This document shows, piece by piece, positions 1 to 13,936 of a stretch of DNA of 64,000 bases (position 1 is the first letter of the stretch; every line of letters begins with the position of its first letter). Source of the stretch: Chiloscyllium plagiosum. Lineage: Eukaryota. Made by a program: the position numbers and the translations under genes. The DNA lies in NCBI RefSeq assembly GCF_004010195.1, contig NC_057711.1, forward strand, positions 125,298,042 to 125,362,041, written 5' to 3'. Below the pieces are notes generated by a model. The model was not told the origin of the DNA. It was given only the letters and a program-made list of their open reading frames with translations, and did no database searches.

Positions 1-204
1 AGATGACTTGCATACCTGAGGAGCTGTAGACGATGCTGAACATTAAGCAGTCATCAATAAACGGTGAAAGGAAGATCATTGATGATGCAAATAGAAATGG
101 TTGGGCCTAGGATTTTAGGAGTAAGAGTCAGTCAGTGGTCCCACACACTTAGTTAATGGGCTCGCCTTATTCCAGTAAAGGGAGTTGGTCAGAGCCATCC
201 TGCA

Positions 205-278
205 CAGCAGCATCCGAGGAGCTGCCTGACCAGCTGTGCTTTTCCAGCAACACACTTGGGCTCTGATTTCCAGCATCC
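205..278 (+). mobile_element. Miniature PLE-end insertion with short fold-back
   Basis: gcacagc...gctgtgc inverted pair, then ttttccagca...ctctgatttccagcatc, shared with 28720-28855. Flanked by agagccatcctgca (191-204) and atagctatcctgca (279-292), 12/14 identical. Confidence 0.6.
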
Positions 279-414
279 ATAGCTATCCTGCAAATGAGAG
301 GAAGCAGTGCAAGGTTTAAAGTCGGTCAGGTGCTGTTGAAACATTTGCTTTTTACTGCAAGGAGACAAAAGGAAGGATCAAGACTGATAGAAGAATGCAA
401 GAGTAGATTTTCTT

Positions 415-645
415 AATTTGTTCATGAGATGTAGGCATCACTGGCTGGACTAGTATTCATTACCCATCTGTATTTGCCCCAAGTAGGCAGCTGTGAGCCA
501 TCCTCTTGACCATCCACAGTGCTGTTAGAAAGGAAGTTCCAGGATTTTGATCCGGTGACTGTGTAGGAACAGTGACGTAGTTTCAGTTCAGGGTAGCGTA
601 TGGCTTTGAGAGGAACCTGCAGATGGTGGCATGCCCATGAAGATC
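415..645 (-). mobile_element. 3' end of a CR1/L2-group LINE (family A)
   Basis: Minus ORF 422-661 contains HHLQVPLK...TVTGSKSWNFLSNSTV. The same tail recurs near 9400-9660, 33250-33470 and 39790-40040. Confidence 0.7.
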
Positions 646-769
646 CCATGAGAAAATTCACTTTGGACTATTGTGGACTAGACACCATGAACTCTCTGAC
701 TGCTGCACTTTGAAGGAAAATAGGAAGATTCAACCTCTAGTTTATTGCATGCCTTTTAAATTTTGCAGT

Positions 770-1605
770 CACACCAGCCTCTACCACTTCTTCTGGCAGC
801 TCATTCCATACACACACCACCCTCTGTGTGAAAAAGTTGCCCCTTAGGTCCCTTTAAAATCTATTCCCTCTCACCCTAAACCTATGCCCTCTCTTTTTGG
901 ACACTTCCCACACCAGGGAAAATACCTTATCTATTTACCCTATCCATGCACCTCATGATTTTATAAACCTCTATAAGGTCAGCCTTCAGCCTCCAACATT
1001 CCAGGGAAAACAGCCCCAGCCTATTTAGCCTCTCCTATTGCTCAAAACCTCCAACTGTGGCAACATCCTGTAAATCTTTTCTGAACCATTTCAAGTTTCA
1101 CAACATCTTTTCTATAGGAGGGAGACCAGAATTGCACATGGTATTCCAAAAGTGGCCTAACCAATGTCCTGTACCTCCGGAACATCACCTCCAAACTCCT
1201 ATACTGAATGCTCTGACCAATACAGGAAAGCATACCAAACACCTTCTTCACTACCATCTCTCCCTGAGACTCCACTTTCAAGGAACTATTAACCTACACT
1301 CCAAGATCTCTTTGTTTAGCTACACTCACCAGGACCTTACGATTAAGTGTATAAGTCCTAACGTGATTTGCATTTCCAAAATGCAGCACTTCACATTTAC
1401 CTAAATTAAGCTCCATCGGCCACTCCTCAGCCCATTGGCCCATCTAATCAAGATCCCATTGTACTGAGGTAGCCTTCTTCACGTTCACTACACCTCCAAT
1501 TCTGGTGTTATTTGCAAACTTATTAACCATACCTTCTATGTTCACATGCAAATTATTTATATAAATGATGAAAAGCAGTGGACCCAGCACCCAGCCTTTT
1601 GGCAA
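770..1605 (-). mobile_element. CR1 (HER1-like) LINE, ORF2 C-terminal part
   Basis: Minus translation YRTLVRPLLEYHVQFWSPSYRKDVVKLEMVQKRFT is the CR1 ORF2 post-RT motif. The DNA closely resembles 12300-12540. Confidence 0.9.
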
Positions 1606-1729
1606 ATGAAATTGAACAGACAAAAAATGTGATTTATTAAATTTTGTTGAGAAGGGCTAAATGAGACGATCCAAACTAAAATGAATACTGGGGTGTTGGT
1701 CATGGGCAGTTGTAGAACTGTTGGAATAG

Positions 1730-1950
1730 TCTGAGTTCAATTCTGAACCCAGGGATTTGTGCACAATCTGGTACAGAGGTGATGCTGTATTTTAAATGAC
1801 ATGTTAAACTGAAGCTCTCTCCATACTCTCAGATGGATGTAAAAAGGCTTCATGGCACAATTTTCCCCTCATGTCTTGGCCAATATTTATCCTTCATTCA
1901 ATACCTACTAAACATTATCACGTTTTTTTCTGGAATTTGGTTGGTTGAGG
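1730..1950 (+). mobile_element. Degenerate Deu-domain SINE (SacSINE1/AmnSINE1-like)
   Basis: ctctcagatggatgtaaaaaggcttcatggcac...gtcttggccaatatttatccttca resembles the Deu core as I recall it; not aligned to a library. Confidence 0.6.
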
Positions 1951-4029
1951 ATTAAATAAAGGTGAACATGCAAATAGGAAATTGGTTAGAGGGAATCAAT
2001 ATAGGAAACAATTTTCTGATTAGAATTACCTTTCTCCAAACCTCACTACTTTTTATTTCTTAAATTTGTTCAACTTCTTGTCATAAAGAGACAATCTAAA
2101 CAACATGTCTTCAAGACCATCATGTCTTTCCTCATTACACTGAAAAACAAATAGGTCTTATTTTGTTGACATAAATCGATTTCTTAGTTTGATTCATTTT
2201 CTTCCTTACTTGTAATCCAAAATATTTTCACCAGCATATAGAGCTGGTTGTTGAATATCATGTTGGTGTTCAGTCTTAAAATAACCATTCATCGTTTTGT
2301 GCCACACAATAAAATGGGGAATGCACAACAAAGAAGAACATTAAAATACATTTTCTTCATTTACACTTCATTGGTTTTAATTTCCTTGATCATTTTCAAA
2401 TGGAAATGTTATCATAAAACTAATCCTAAAGTAAGCATTCATGGCTCAGTTTATTGAGACTATTGTCCAGTACTTTACATATATTTTACACTACAAGGGA
2501 ACATATTATCATACTTTTATTTTCAAAAGATGTTTCCAAACATTGAAATCGAATTCTAGGCACTTAGCATTTTTAGCTTTAGAATTTCAGATATGACAAT
2601 TTATAGCATTTATCTATCTCATTGATTGAGATTAGTTCTGATGGGACTGCATGCTGAGTATTAGGAAGAGGTACTTGGTAGTGACTGACATGCAAAAACA
2701 AATATAAGAGGCATTTCAATGTCAGCCATTAATCAATATGGTTATTAAAGGATATTCATCATAGTATTTCTTTGAGAAAAGGCTTTAGGCTGGAGTGGAA
2801 CAAGGTACATCTGCTCATCTTAAAATAATGTAACATTTGAGGAAGGATATGATATGCAGAGCTGTGCAATGCAAAACAAAAGTTCAGGCTGAATCTTATA
2901 TTCTTTTTGGCCACATACGAGTTGTGTTGAATTTTTGGAGGATTTTGGTCTTGAGACCAAGCGGGTTTTCTCACTCTAACTTACTCAACTCACCTCATTA
3001 ACTACCTATGGTCCCCCCTTGGCATCCACCTGATTCTGGCACCATCTTATCACGCACCATTCCCAGAAGAGGTCACCACTCAGCAGATATCTGCCAAAAG
3101 ACCAACATTCCTGACACTCGTGTCATCTTTAAAAGGCCATTATGCATTGGACAAGCATTGGCATTTCAAAGTTGCTCTGCTTGGTCAAGGATATGTTTAG
3201 ACTTGTGAATTGTTGGTGAGGTCCCATCATCAATATATACATTTTCGTAAAAGTGTCAGTTCAAAAGTATGAGGTGAGGGTATGTTGGCAGGGGACGAGC
3301 TAGCTGGTTTCATTGCTTTGAGGAAACGTTAATTTTAGCTCAGTCGTCTCTCATTTAATCCAGATTGTTTTCAGGAAACCCAGCCTCCTTGCGTGGTCAG
3401 GTGATCATTGTGGCTATTTTTAGTCAGTATTTATGGTTCCTTTTTAAAATTCAATTTGATCCATGACAGTGCCAGGTTTTAAATCCTTAAATGGAATTTA
3501 AATTAAATAGTCTGTATTTTATACCATTGCTGACAAAGCTCAGGGCAAAATAATCAACTTTAATGCAGGTCAGCTTCAAAATTCCTTCAGGTCAGCCAAC
3601 CTACTTAAAAACCATCAGTTTCACTGCATGGGTTTCAGCTGTGACAAAACTCCTGGGATTTACATTTAATTGCTAAGGCACCGCTAAAATGTGAGGCTTC
3701 AATTTTAAATTGCTTTAACTGGTTCATTAGTGAGCCTAATTACCCTGCCAATGGTAAGGAAGAGTTGCATGCGTCATCCCCCTTACTGCATCCTATTTGA
3801 TTGCGGGAAGTTCTCTTGCTGGTGACTGACTGCTTTGCAAGTTAGTGAGCCTGACCAGCCATGTTGCCTGCTGCAGCTGCCTGGGCTACCTTCCACTCAA
3901 TCTATCAATCTCTCTTAGTTTTTGCTCTTGTCAACATAACTCAACTCAGCAACCTTTGAGATATCTGCAAATTTGAATGTGCAATAATCTTTATTAAATG
4001 ATCTAAATTGTCAGTACATGTAAAAAGAT

Positions 4030-4230
4030 AAAATTGCCGTAGTCTTACCAGACCATAGGGCTGCTCTCTCAGAGAGAAATGACTGGTGGTGGTTTAACTT
4101 GAAGGTCACCATGCCTCAGGTAGGGGAAAGGTTGAGCAGGAGAGTCCATCATGATAATCCCAGCTGGTGCAGGAATTGAGCCCACGCTGTTGGCATCACT
4201 CTGCATAACAAACCAGCCATCCAGCCACTT
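4030..4230 (-). mobile_element. tRNA-derived SINE
   Basis: Minus strand begins agtggctggatggctggtttg...gtgggctcaattcctgcacc, an A/B-box-like Pol III head. Confidence 0.6.
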
Positions 4231-4419
4231 ATTTACCACTCAATCAACATCAGAAACATGGGCTGTTGGCCAGATTTGTGTGGGATGTGTGTCCATGTAC
4301 ATGCATACTTGCTCAGGCAAGGGTTATGAGTGTCAAGTGTTTTCACAACATGGTTGCACTGCAGCTATAACACAGATACTCTCACTACTCTTACTACCTG
4401 TCATAAAAGGATTTACAAG

Positions 4420-4810
4420 CATAGAAGTAGGAGCAGGCCATTCAGCCTATCAAGCCCAGTCTGCAATTCAGACAGACTATGACCCATCATCTATTACAAA
4501 GTCACATTCCTATGCTGTTCCCATATCCCTTAATGTCATTAATCTCGAGAAATCTATTGATTTTGGTCTTGAACCTGCTTAATGATTGAGCTCCCATAGA
4601 ATCTGGGATAAAGAATTTCAAAGATTCATTAGGTCTCTGGGAAAACAAATTCCTCCTCATCCTAAATTATCAACCCCTTATTCTGCCACAAGTTCTGAAC
4701 TTGTCAGCTAGGGGAAACATCCAATCCACATCTACCCTGCCATGCACTGTAAAAAGTTTATACGTTTTGGTAAAGTCACCTCCCATTCTCTGAAATTGCT
4801 GAGAATGCAG
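4420..4810 (-). mobile_element. Old CR1 3' end
   Basis: gtaggagcaggccattcagcct is the reverse of the CR1 3' terminal motif; similar to 7440-7615 and to 58380-58465 on the + strand. Confidence 0.7.
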
Positions 4811-7439
4811 CCAACTCCCAAGTCAGCCTGCACTAGATACAAAAATAATTAAGATCGCTTGGCCATTTTAAAGGTCAGATTCACAGAGCCAGATGTTAGC
4901 TTTGAATATTTTCAACACTCACATCTTGTCCAGCTGTGGAATACATGTTTCCTCTGAGAATGAAAATAGGGAAAAAGGAAAGAATAAAAGCACCTCCCAC
5001 TGGTTTTAACCAGAACCGCCCCACCTTTCACCAAACTTGTAGTATTACTCTGAACCAGAACATTAAACCTGTCTCATATATAATCTACTCATATGAACTC
5101 CCTTTGAGGTAGTTACAAAAAAACACAGGAAACCAGTTACATAACTGGCTGATCTCACCTGCTTTGCAGCGCTGAACTTGATTTGCTTGATTAGCCCTGC
5201 TCCCAAGTATTTAAAGAGTTCTTAAACTGAATATGGTAACTTTAAGTAAAATGCTGTATTGCAGTCTTAGACTTCATAGAAGATTAACCCTTAAAATTTA
5301 AAAATTTTACAACTTATAGTCTTAAGATCCACACCAGAGCACCAGACTTTCTTTCTGAATTGTATTTTATTCAATTGTGGCCAGTGTGGAATGCTTGATG
5401 CTCTCTTGTTAGTTGTTGGTCATGTACATTATTTAGCACTGCACATATTCAAACATGCAAAGCAATTTTTGTTTGGGCCTGGTCCAATGTTTGAAGAAAA
5501 CCAAATATAAGTTAAATACATTTTTGTGATTGTCCATAAGAAAGTGAAGTCCAAAGGAAGCAACAAGTAAAAAGTAAAACTTACTGACCTTGGTGCAATT
5601 ACACATAAAACTGGTTGGAGCTTCCTAAGTATATGGAGCTGTGAACCATGAATGGAATGACAAAATAGTGAGTGCTTCGCTACACTCTGAACTTAAATTG
5701 GAAACAAAGCTATTATCAGTCAGAATGAAGTTTGTTTTGGAAATGCAGTGTCCTTGAAGTAATTGAGTTTTGCCTCAATTTGTATTGGGCTTTAAACTCT
5801 TGAAGAGAAAATGCTGGAAAACCAGCTTGAAGCACATGACTGAATCTTAACTGTTCTCTACCAACCCAGGCATATCAAATTACATTTTGCCGGTATTTTA
5901 AATTCAAAAAAACATTATTGCTTTCTCTACCTATGGAACCAATCTCCAGTTCTTTGCTAGAAATGATGATTTTTTTATGGTCCAACAGGTTGTGATTTCA
6001 TTCCAGCTCACTAGCAGTGTACAGCATCTTCAATCTATCCTCATTTCCCTTCTCCTCCCCATGGACATTGGTGTTTCATTCTTTGCTTCCTCTAATTGCA
6101 CACAACACGCACAGAAGCAAGTGACCGTAGCATAACTCCTGCTCATTGCACCTTGAAATGCCAGGATATGTGTTTATCTTGTTAACCTTCCATAAACTGG
6201 CCTTGATCAAAAGATACACTGGCGATACAAAGTGGATTCAGGTGACATCTAATAGCAAAGAGAAAAAAAGTCAGAGACAACGTTATCCAGACCAGTTTCA
6301 GAAGTCTATATGAAAGCAGTTTTTAATGAGCCAGAAAATATCATAACTTGGATATTCTGGAGCTGCAAATTGTTATTTTATGAAAATAATTATTCATAGT
6401 GATACAGAAGTATAAAGATTTAAATCGTGTAGAGATGCACAACAAGCAGAGAATTTTGGATAGTTACAGATTGGGCTAGGCCGATCCTTATAATCTGAGA
6501 TATTTAATCTGTGTGTGCAAGAGGTTAGCGAGGAAATGCAAGAATAAACAGATCTGTTTAGGCCACAGAATAATTCACTTGACGTACATTAGTTTGAACT
6601 CATAGTTAGCATGTGCATTTACAGTTGCTGAAATTTAAACTGCTATTTTAAAAAAAGAATTATGGGCTCCAGAGAAATACGCACATCTGAGTAAACATCT
6701 TGACAATTGTAATCATGAATAAACACTATAAATACTGAGAAAGAAGTCAACAAATGCAAATGGCTAGTCAATCATGAAAATAGTTTACATCCACTATTCA
6801 GTTTCATGATGCATAAGACTTCATTCTGGTGGTTCACTGGAAAATGGGTCATACTTATTTTCACACCTAATGATCTGAAGATGTAAATACTTCTGTTTAT
6901 TTTGCAATTTAAAATAAAATTGACTTGGGACAGGACTATTATTTAATAGATTGGCTTGATGGCTGATCTGTGACTAGTTCATTCTTGCGTAATTTCTGTA
7001 GTCTAGATATTTTGCTATGACTCTTTTCAGTATATTTCAAATATATGCTCTCTGTTTTGTATTTTAACCACCCTAATATCAGATATATCATAGATGACTT
7101 ACTGCATTGCAAATTCAGTGACAATTTGATGTCAGAATAAATAGATCATCATAAAACAAGTTTGAGCTCAATGTTTATCTGGTGTGCCGATATTATTTTT
7201 CCATAGTTGCCATATCTTTTTGTGGTAATGCACTGGAAATCGAACTATGCAATTCTCAGAGTTGTCACAACTGTGAAAATGTGATTAACCCTCTGACTTG
7301 CCCAATTTTATCTAACTGGCTAATTCAGGTTACACAAATATGCAAATCAGATTTTCATTATGAACAGGAAAAAAAATGATTTATTGTAATCAATTATTTT
7401 AACCAATGGCAAGAAAGATTATGAATTGCTAATCTAGAA

Positions 7440-7615
7440 TACCATAAGAAATAGTAACAGGAGTAGGCCATTCAGCCCCTCGAGCCTGATCCATCATTCA
7501 ACAGGATCGTGGCTGCTCCAACATTTTTCATATCCACTGTCCTGCATTTTTCCCATAACTGGATTCCCAATAACCCTTGATTTCCTAACTGATCAAGAAT
7601 CTATCTCAGCCTTGA
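7440..7615 (-). mobile_element. Old CR1 3' end
   Basis: ataagaaatagtaacaggagtaggccattcagcccctcgagcctg is the reverse complement of a CR1 3' terminus. Confidence 0.7.
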
Positions 7616-7900
7616 GCTCTAACTTAACTCTATAACCTGTGTCTCTAGAAACATTGGCGCACAATACAACACTGAGAGTTCATGTTTTTGTCTTAAGAAC
7701 TTTTGCATAATCAACTTTACTGGCATTCTTATCTCATAACCATAGATCATTTTGAATGGCCTGAACCTAATAGGTTCATTTGTGGAATAATAAGAAAGTT
7801 AATCATTCATCTCAACCCTGCAGATGTTCATGACAATAGGATTTAAATCGCTATTTTGATGGTCTGGTAGTCTTTCTCAAAAGCTCTCCGTTTGTTGGTA

Positions 7901-8259
7901 CAGGTGCACAATCCTTTATCTGGAATGCTTGGGACCAGCTGGTTTTCACAATTCAGAATGTTTCGAATTTCAGAATAAGTGACAGTTTGATGGTGAAATT
8001 TTTAAAAATCTTACCAGAGGAACACGCTCATTAAGTTAAAAAAAGGGCCTTGAAACAGAATCGAGGCCTGCCTGGGTTGGGCCACGCCCCCCCTCCCCGC
8101 CATGTCGCCTCTAAGTGGCACGCATCGAGTGGGTGTCGACTTGGGTTAACAGTTTGCACGTCAAACAATCTTGTTAATGAGAAACAAACTTCACAAAAAA
8201 GCCTTCAGACTTTGGAGCTTTTTGGATTTTGTGATTTCGGATAAAGGATTGTCTACCTG
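7901..8259. mobile_element. Non-autonomous Tc1/mariner-pogo (Tigger-like) MITE, 359 bp
   Basis: TA|caggtgcacaatcctttatctggaa ... ttcggataaaggattgtctacctg|TA: about 25-bp imperfect TIRs and a TA duplication. Confidence 0.9.
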
Positions 8260-9399
8260 TAATAGGTGGTAGACTGCAACCATGTTATACCCAGATTGCT
8301 GATTATGTCCTGAAAAATATTAGACATAGAACCTTGGTCAGACTTTATCATTATCCCAATTGGTAAACCACCGTGAATAAGAAAACTGGGTTAATTTTTA
8401 CACAATATGCTATCCTTGATCATATTTAAAAGAATAGTCTCTGGAAATCAGGCTTTTCCATTCATAACTGAAAAGATAAACTCATGCCTAACGTTTGTTT
8501 TTGAAAATGGCCATGCACACAATCTATAAACAGGCTAGATCATTTTTTTTGCTATTATCTCAAATTCCATAAAGAATGACTCCATATCCTTTTTATCAAA
8601 TTTTGGTAGGGCTTGTGTAAATATAGATATTTCCTTACTAGGCTTTAGATTATGACTTACATTTTGCCCATCAGAGCCAGTCTCTCCATCTGACTTTTTT
8701 TTTAAACTGCATCTTTTAAGAATATTTTTTTGTTCACTCTCCTTTGTCTCTCACTTCTTCTCTCTCTGTCTTGTTTCTCTTCTCTTTCCTTTTGTAATTC
8801 TAAATTTCTCATTTCTATTCCTTACAATTCCCACTTTTTTTCTATTTCCAACTCTTTCATTCTTTTCTCATGCTAAAACTACTCGTACTGTAACTTAATA
8901 TGAACTGACTCCAATGTTTAACTACTTGGACTATCTCTTTTGAATTTCTAAAAAGCCCAAATGCTGTGCTAGTCTTTCAATAAACCCCCTCTTCTTAACT
9001 CTGGTAGAGAATTCCATTTCTAATGTACTTGTCAATTCAATCAAGCTGGAAGAATGGGAAAAAGACCTCAACCGTTTAGCAGAGACTCAATGACCAGTTT
9101 GCTCCCTTATACAAGAGCAAGAACAAATACCAAGCTTCAATAAATCTAGCATTGTCTCTGACTGTCTACCACTGGGTCTTTACCTCACCTGCTCCTCTCA
9201 GTGTGACTGACTGCCTGCATTGTTTTTGGTGTCCAAAGAGAAGGCAGGGACATTATGCTGAAGTCAAAATTGGATGAAGGCCAGAGAAGGAAGCTATGAA
9301 GTTGTTGCCAAGTAATGTCTCTGACTTTCCTGTTGGGAAATGGAGATGTCTAGTTTCCCAGGGAAGGTGAGGAGAATTGGAGGCTGCCCAGAATTTTTA

Positions 9400-10225
9400 A
9401 AAATTCATGCATCTGTTGTGGGCATTTTTGGCTGGCCAATACTAATTGCTCATATCTACCTACCCTTGAGAGAATGGTGATGAACAGTTTTTTGAACTAC
9501 TACAGGCCACTTGGTATCGGTAACCCCACAATACTGTTCAGGATTGAGTCCTAGGACTTTGATTCAGCGACAATGAGAGAATGAATATTTTCAAGTCAGA
9601 ATGGTGAGTGACTTAGAGGTGAACTTGAAGGTGGTAGTGTTCCTATGTATCTGTAGTCCTTGATCTCCTATATGGAAGCAGTGTGGGTTGAGAAGGTACT
9701 GTCAAAGAAACCATCCTGGATTTAATTGTAGATGGTACACAATGCTACTATGGAGTTTTAGTGGTGGAGGGATTGATGGAACAGTCACGCAGACTGCTTT
9801 GTCTTAGATACTGTCAAGCTTCTGGATTGTCAGTGGAATAGCCTTCACCAAGGCAAGTGGGGAATATTTGATCGCTCTGCTGACTTCAGCCTTGTAGATG
9901 GTGGACAGAGTGAGGAGGCGAGTTAATTGCTGCAGGAATCTTAGCCTCTGATCTGCTCTTGCAGCCACAGTACTTGTGATGAGTCTAGTTCAGTTTCTGG
10001 TCAATGGTAACCATCAGGATGTTAGTAGTGGAGCATTCAATGATATTGATGTTATTGACTGTCATGGGAAAATAGTTAAATTCTGTCTTGTCTGGCCATT
10101 GCCAGGGACTTATGTGGCATGAATATTACTTGCCCATGTCAGCCCTAACCTGGATGCTACTCAGGTTTTGTTGCATTTGAACATGGACTGCTTCAAAGTT
10201 ATCACAAATGATGCTGAACACTATG
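9400..10225 (-). mobile_element. CR1/L2-group LINE family A, 3' part
   Basis: Reverse complement is similar to 32600-33470; shares the ttcaagtcagaatggtgagtgacttagaggtgaacttg tail. Confidence 0.75.
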
Positions 10226-10548
10226 CATTGGTACAATATCTAAAATGTTATGGTTCCAACCAAGAATCAAGCTATTTTGGATCTAGTGGTGTGTAATGTG
10301 GCAGGTATATAATTTAACTCATTGTAAAAGATCCCCTCAGAATTGAGCATTCAGTATGAGGGTCAGAAACAATTGTGCTAGGTTTAAGCAAGGGTATAAC
10401 AAAGTAATGACGGCAGGGTTGGCTGAAGTTGACTGGGAAAGGAGTTTAGCAGAAATGGCAATTGAGGGAAAATGGCAGACATTTAAGAAAATAGATCCTG
10501 GGTAACCAAAAAGGATGTCTCAGTGAGGAAGAAGGGTTATCAGAGGGA

Positions 10549-10745
10549 TGACTTGGAGGTGCCAGTGTTGGCCTGGGGTGGACAAAGTTAAAAATCACAC
10601 AACGCCAGGTTATAGTCCAACAGGTTAATTTGAAAGCACTAGCTTTTGGAATGCCTCTCCTTCATCAGGTTGTGGCATTCCGAAAGTTAGTGTTTCTAAC
10701 TAAACCTGTTGGACTATAACCTGGCATTGTGTGATTTTTAACTTT
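10549..10745. mobile_element. Fold-back mini-PLE with hammerhead-like core
   Basis: About 72-bp inverted arms (10584-10655, 10674-10745). Minus strand reads CTGATGA-aggag-aggca-ttcc-AAAAGCTA. Flanked by ttatcagaggga / ttatcagaaggga. Confidence 0.8.
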
Positions 10746-11669
10746 ATCAGAAGGGAATAAGACAATCATGTTTAACAAGGGAAGTCAAGGCTTGTACCAA
10801 ATTGAAGACAAACGTCCAATGTGGCAAGCTAGAGGATTGGGAACGTTTTAAAAGACGAGTAAAAGAAAATGAGAAAAATAATGAAGAGTGAGAAGAGAAA
10901 CTTTGACAGTAATCTTGCATGTTATATCAAGATAGTCAGCAAGAACTTAATTAAATATATAAAAAAGCAGAGAGAGGCCAACATTCTAATAAGCCCCTTA
11001 GAGAATAAGGCTGGGAAAATAATAGTGGGGAACCAGAAAATGGCTGTGGATTTGAATTAATGCTTTGCATCTTCATGGCTGAAGACACTAATAACCTTCC
11101 AAAATAGCTAAATAATCAAGAGGCAAAAATGAGCCAAGAAGATAAATGCAATAACTATCAAGAGAGAAACAAATGCTCAGGAAGCTGATAAAGAGCAATA
11201 AGTCCACTGGATCTATCAGGCTGTGTCCTAGGATATTAAAAGAAGTAGGAACAAAGCTAGTGAAAGCCCTGGTAATAATCTTCCAAGAATCCTTAGATTC
11301 TGAAAAAGTTCCAGAGAACTGGAAATCTGCGAAAGTAGTGTCTTTATTTAAAAGGGGAAAGAGAAAATAAAGCAGGTAACTTAAGGCCAATTATCTTAAC
11401 AGCTATTACTGTGAAAATGTTAGAGTCTATTATACAGAATGCCATAGCAGAACATTGAGAAATATATAATATGATCAAGCAGGGTCAGCATGGCTTTACA
11501 TTTAACAGAATTCTTTAAGGAAGTAATAAGCAGATAGATAAAGAAGATGTGATATGGTGGATGTAACATTTTGGGGTATTTAGAAGGCAATTGATAAGGT
11601 ACTACAAGTCAGACCACTGAAGAACACAAGTGCCATTGTGTTGGAGGTAGTATATGAACATGATTAAAT

Positions 11670-11970
11670 GGGCAGCATTGTGGCACAGCGGTTAGCACTG
11701 TTGCCTCACGGCGCCAGAGACCCGGGTTCAATCCCTGCCTCAGGCGACTCACTGTGTGGAGTTTGCACATCCTCCCCGTGACTGCGTGGATTTCCTCTGG
11801 GTGCTCCGGTTTCCTCCCACAATCCAAAAATGTGCAGGTTAGGTGGATTGTCCATGCTAATTTGCCCATAGTGTTAGGTGAAGGGGTAAATGTAGGGGGG
11901 TGGATGGCAGGTCGGTGTGGACTTGTTGGGCCGAAGGGCCTGGTTCCACAGTGTAAGAAATCTAATCTAA
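11670..11970 (+). mobile_element. HE1/V-SINE-type tRNA-derived SINE
   Basis: tggcacagcggttagcactg (A box), gggttcaatccc (B box), tgtgtggagtttgcacat core, (AATCT)n tail, taaatg on both flanks. Confidence 0.9.
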
Positions 11971-12123
11971 TAAATGACTGGCTAACTAATTAAAGATAGC
12001 GAGCTGGATAAGGGGGTCATTTTCAGGCACCCTGTAACCAGTGGAGTACCACAATAATCAGTGCTAGGGCCACAAATATTGATCAATAGTAATGATTTGA
12101 CTGAGGAAAGTTAATATACTACA

Positions 12124-13408
12124 TAGAGTCATAGAGATGTACAGCATGGAAACAGACCCTTCGGTCCAACCTGTCCACACCGACCAGATATCCCAACCCA
12201 ATCTAGTCCCACCTGCCAGCACCCGGCCCATATCCCTCCAAACCCTTCCTATTCATATACCCATCCAAATGCCTCTTAAATGTTGCAATTGTACCAACCT
12301 CTGGCAGCTCATTCCATATACGTACCACCCTCTACATGAAAAAGGTGCCCCTTAGGTCTCTTTTATATCTTTCCCCTCTCACCCTAAACCTATGCCCTCT
12401 AGTTCTGGACTCCCCAAACCCAGGGAAAAGACTTTGCCTATTTATCCTATCCATGCCCCTCATAATTTTGTAAACCTCTATAAGGTCACCCCTCAGCCTC
12501 CGACACTCCAGGGAAAACAGCCACAGCCTGTTCAGCCTCTCCCNNNNNNNNNNNNNNNNNNNNNNNNNNNNNNNNNNNNNNNNNNNNNNNNNNNNNNNNN
12601 NNNNNNNNNNNNNNNNNNNNNNNNNNNNNNNNNNNNNNNNNNNNNNNNNNNNNNNNNNNNNNNNNNNNNNNNNNNNNNNNNNNNNNNNNNNNNNNNNNNN
12701 NNNNNNNNNNNNNNNNNNNNNNNNNNNNNNNNNNNNNNNNNNNNNNNNNNNNNNNNNNNNNNNNNNNNNNNNNNNNNNNNNNNNNNNNNNNNNNNNNNNN
12801 NNNNNNNNNNNNNNNNNNNNNNNNNNNNNNNNNNNNNNNNNNNNNNNNNNNNNNNNNNNNNNNNNNNNNNNNNNNNNNNNNNNNNNNNNNNNNNNNNNNN
12901 NNNNNNNNNNNNNNNNNNNNNNNNNNNNNNNNNNNNNNNNNNNNNNNNNNNNNNNNNNNNNNNNNNNNNNNNNNNNNNNNNNNNNNNNNNNNNNNNNNNN
13001 NNNNNNNNNNNNNNNNNNNNNNNNNNNNNNNNNNNNNNNNNNNNNNNNNNNNNNNNNNNNNNNNNNNNNNNNNNNNNNNNNNNNNNNNNNNNTCCCATGC
13101 ACAAAGCCATGTTGACTATCCCGAATCAGTCCTTGCCTTTCCAAATACATGTACATTCTGTCCCTCAGGATTCTCTCCAACAACTTGCCCACCACCGACG
13201 TCAGGCTCACCGGTCTATAGTTCCCTGGCTTGTCTCTACCGCTCTTCTTAAACAGTGGCACCACTTTTGCCAACCTCCAGTCTTCCAGCACCTCACCTGT
13301 GACTATCGATGATACAAATATCTCAGCAAGAGGCCAAGCAATCACTTCCTTAGCTTCCCACAGAGTTCTCGGGTACACCTGATCAGGTCCTGGGGATTTA
13401 TCCACCTT
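12124..13408 (-). mobile_element. Young 5'-truncated CR1 LINE containing an N gap
   Basis: KVDKSPGPDQVYPRTLWE...PGNYRPVSLTSVVGKLLE...QHGF, then ERLNRLWLFSLECRRLRGDLIEVYKIM. ctctatgactctat tail; tactaca at 12117-12123 and 13409-13415. Confidence 0.95.
12544..13092. other. Assembly gap (N run)
   Basis: Run of N inside a CR1 copy. Confidence 1.
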
Positions 13409-13936
13409 TACTACAGCTAATTTCTGCAAAAATAGATTGAAAGGTAAGTGTTGAGGATGAGATAGTGTCGACAGAAGGATATAGACATGTTAAGTGCTTG
13501 GGCAAACACTTAAGCAAATAAAATTAATTAGAAAAAGTAGGTTATGATTTTTGCAGGATGAATTGAGGAACTGAATGTTATTTAGATGGTAAAAGATTGT
13601 AGAGACATACAGAACAGAGCGTTTTGGGAGTCCTAATTCATGAATCACAAAACAATTAGCATCCACATTCCACAAGAAATAGGGAAGATAATGAAATGTT
13701 GTCTTTTATTTCAAAAACGATGATGTTTAAAAATAGAGAAGTCTTGCTAAACTTATACAAGTCACTAGCCAGACAAAAACTGAAAAACAGTGAGCATTTC
13801 TAGGCCTCTTATCTAAGAAAAGATATATTGGCATTGGAGAAGGTTCACTCAGCTGATCCATATATGGAATGTCAGTCTTATGAAGAGAGGTTTAGCAGGT
13901 TGGTTCTTCTCATTGGTGTTTAGAAGAATGAGAGGT

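Noticed and set aside
11670-11745. tRNA-like sequences with A and B boxes
   Set aside because: They are SINE heads continuing into SINE body and tail, not tRNA genes.
11609-11993. Recurring ORFs with CGRKPEHPEETH or VWSLHILP peptides
   Set aside because: These are translations of the non-coding SINE core, repeated in every copy.
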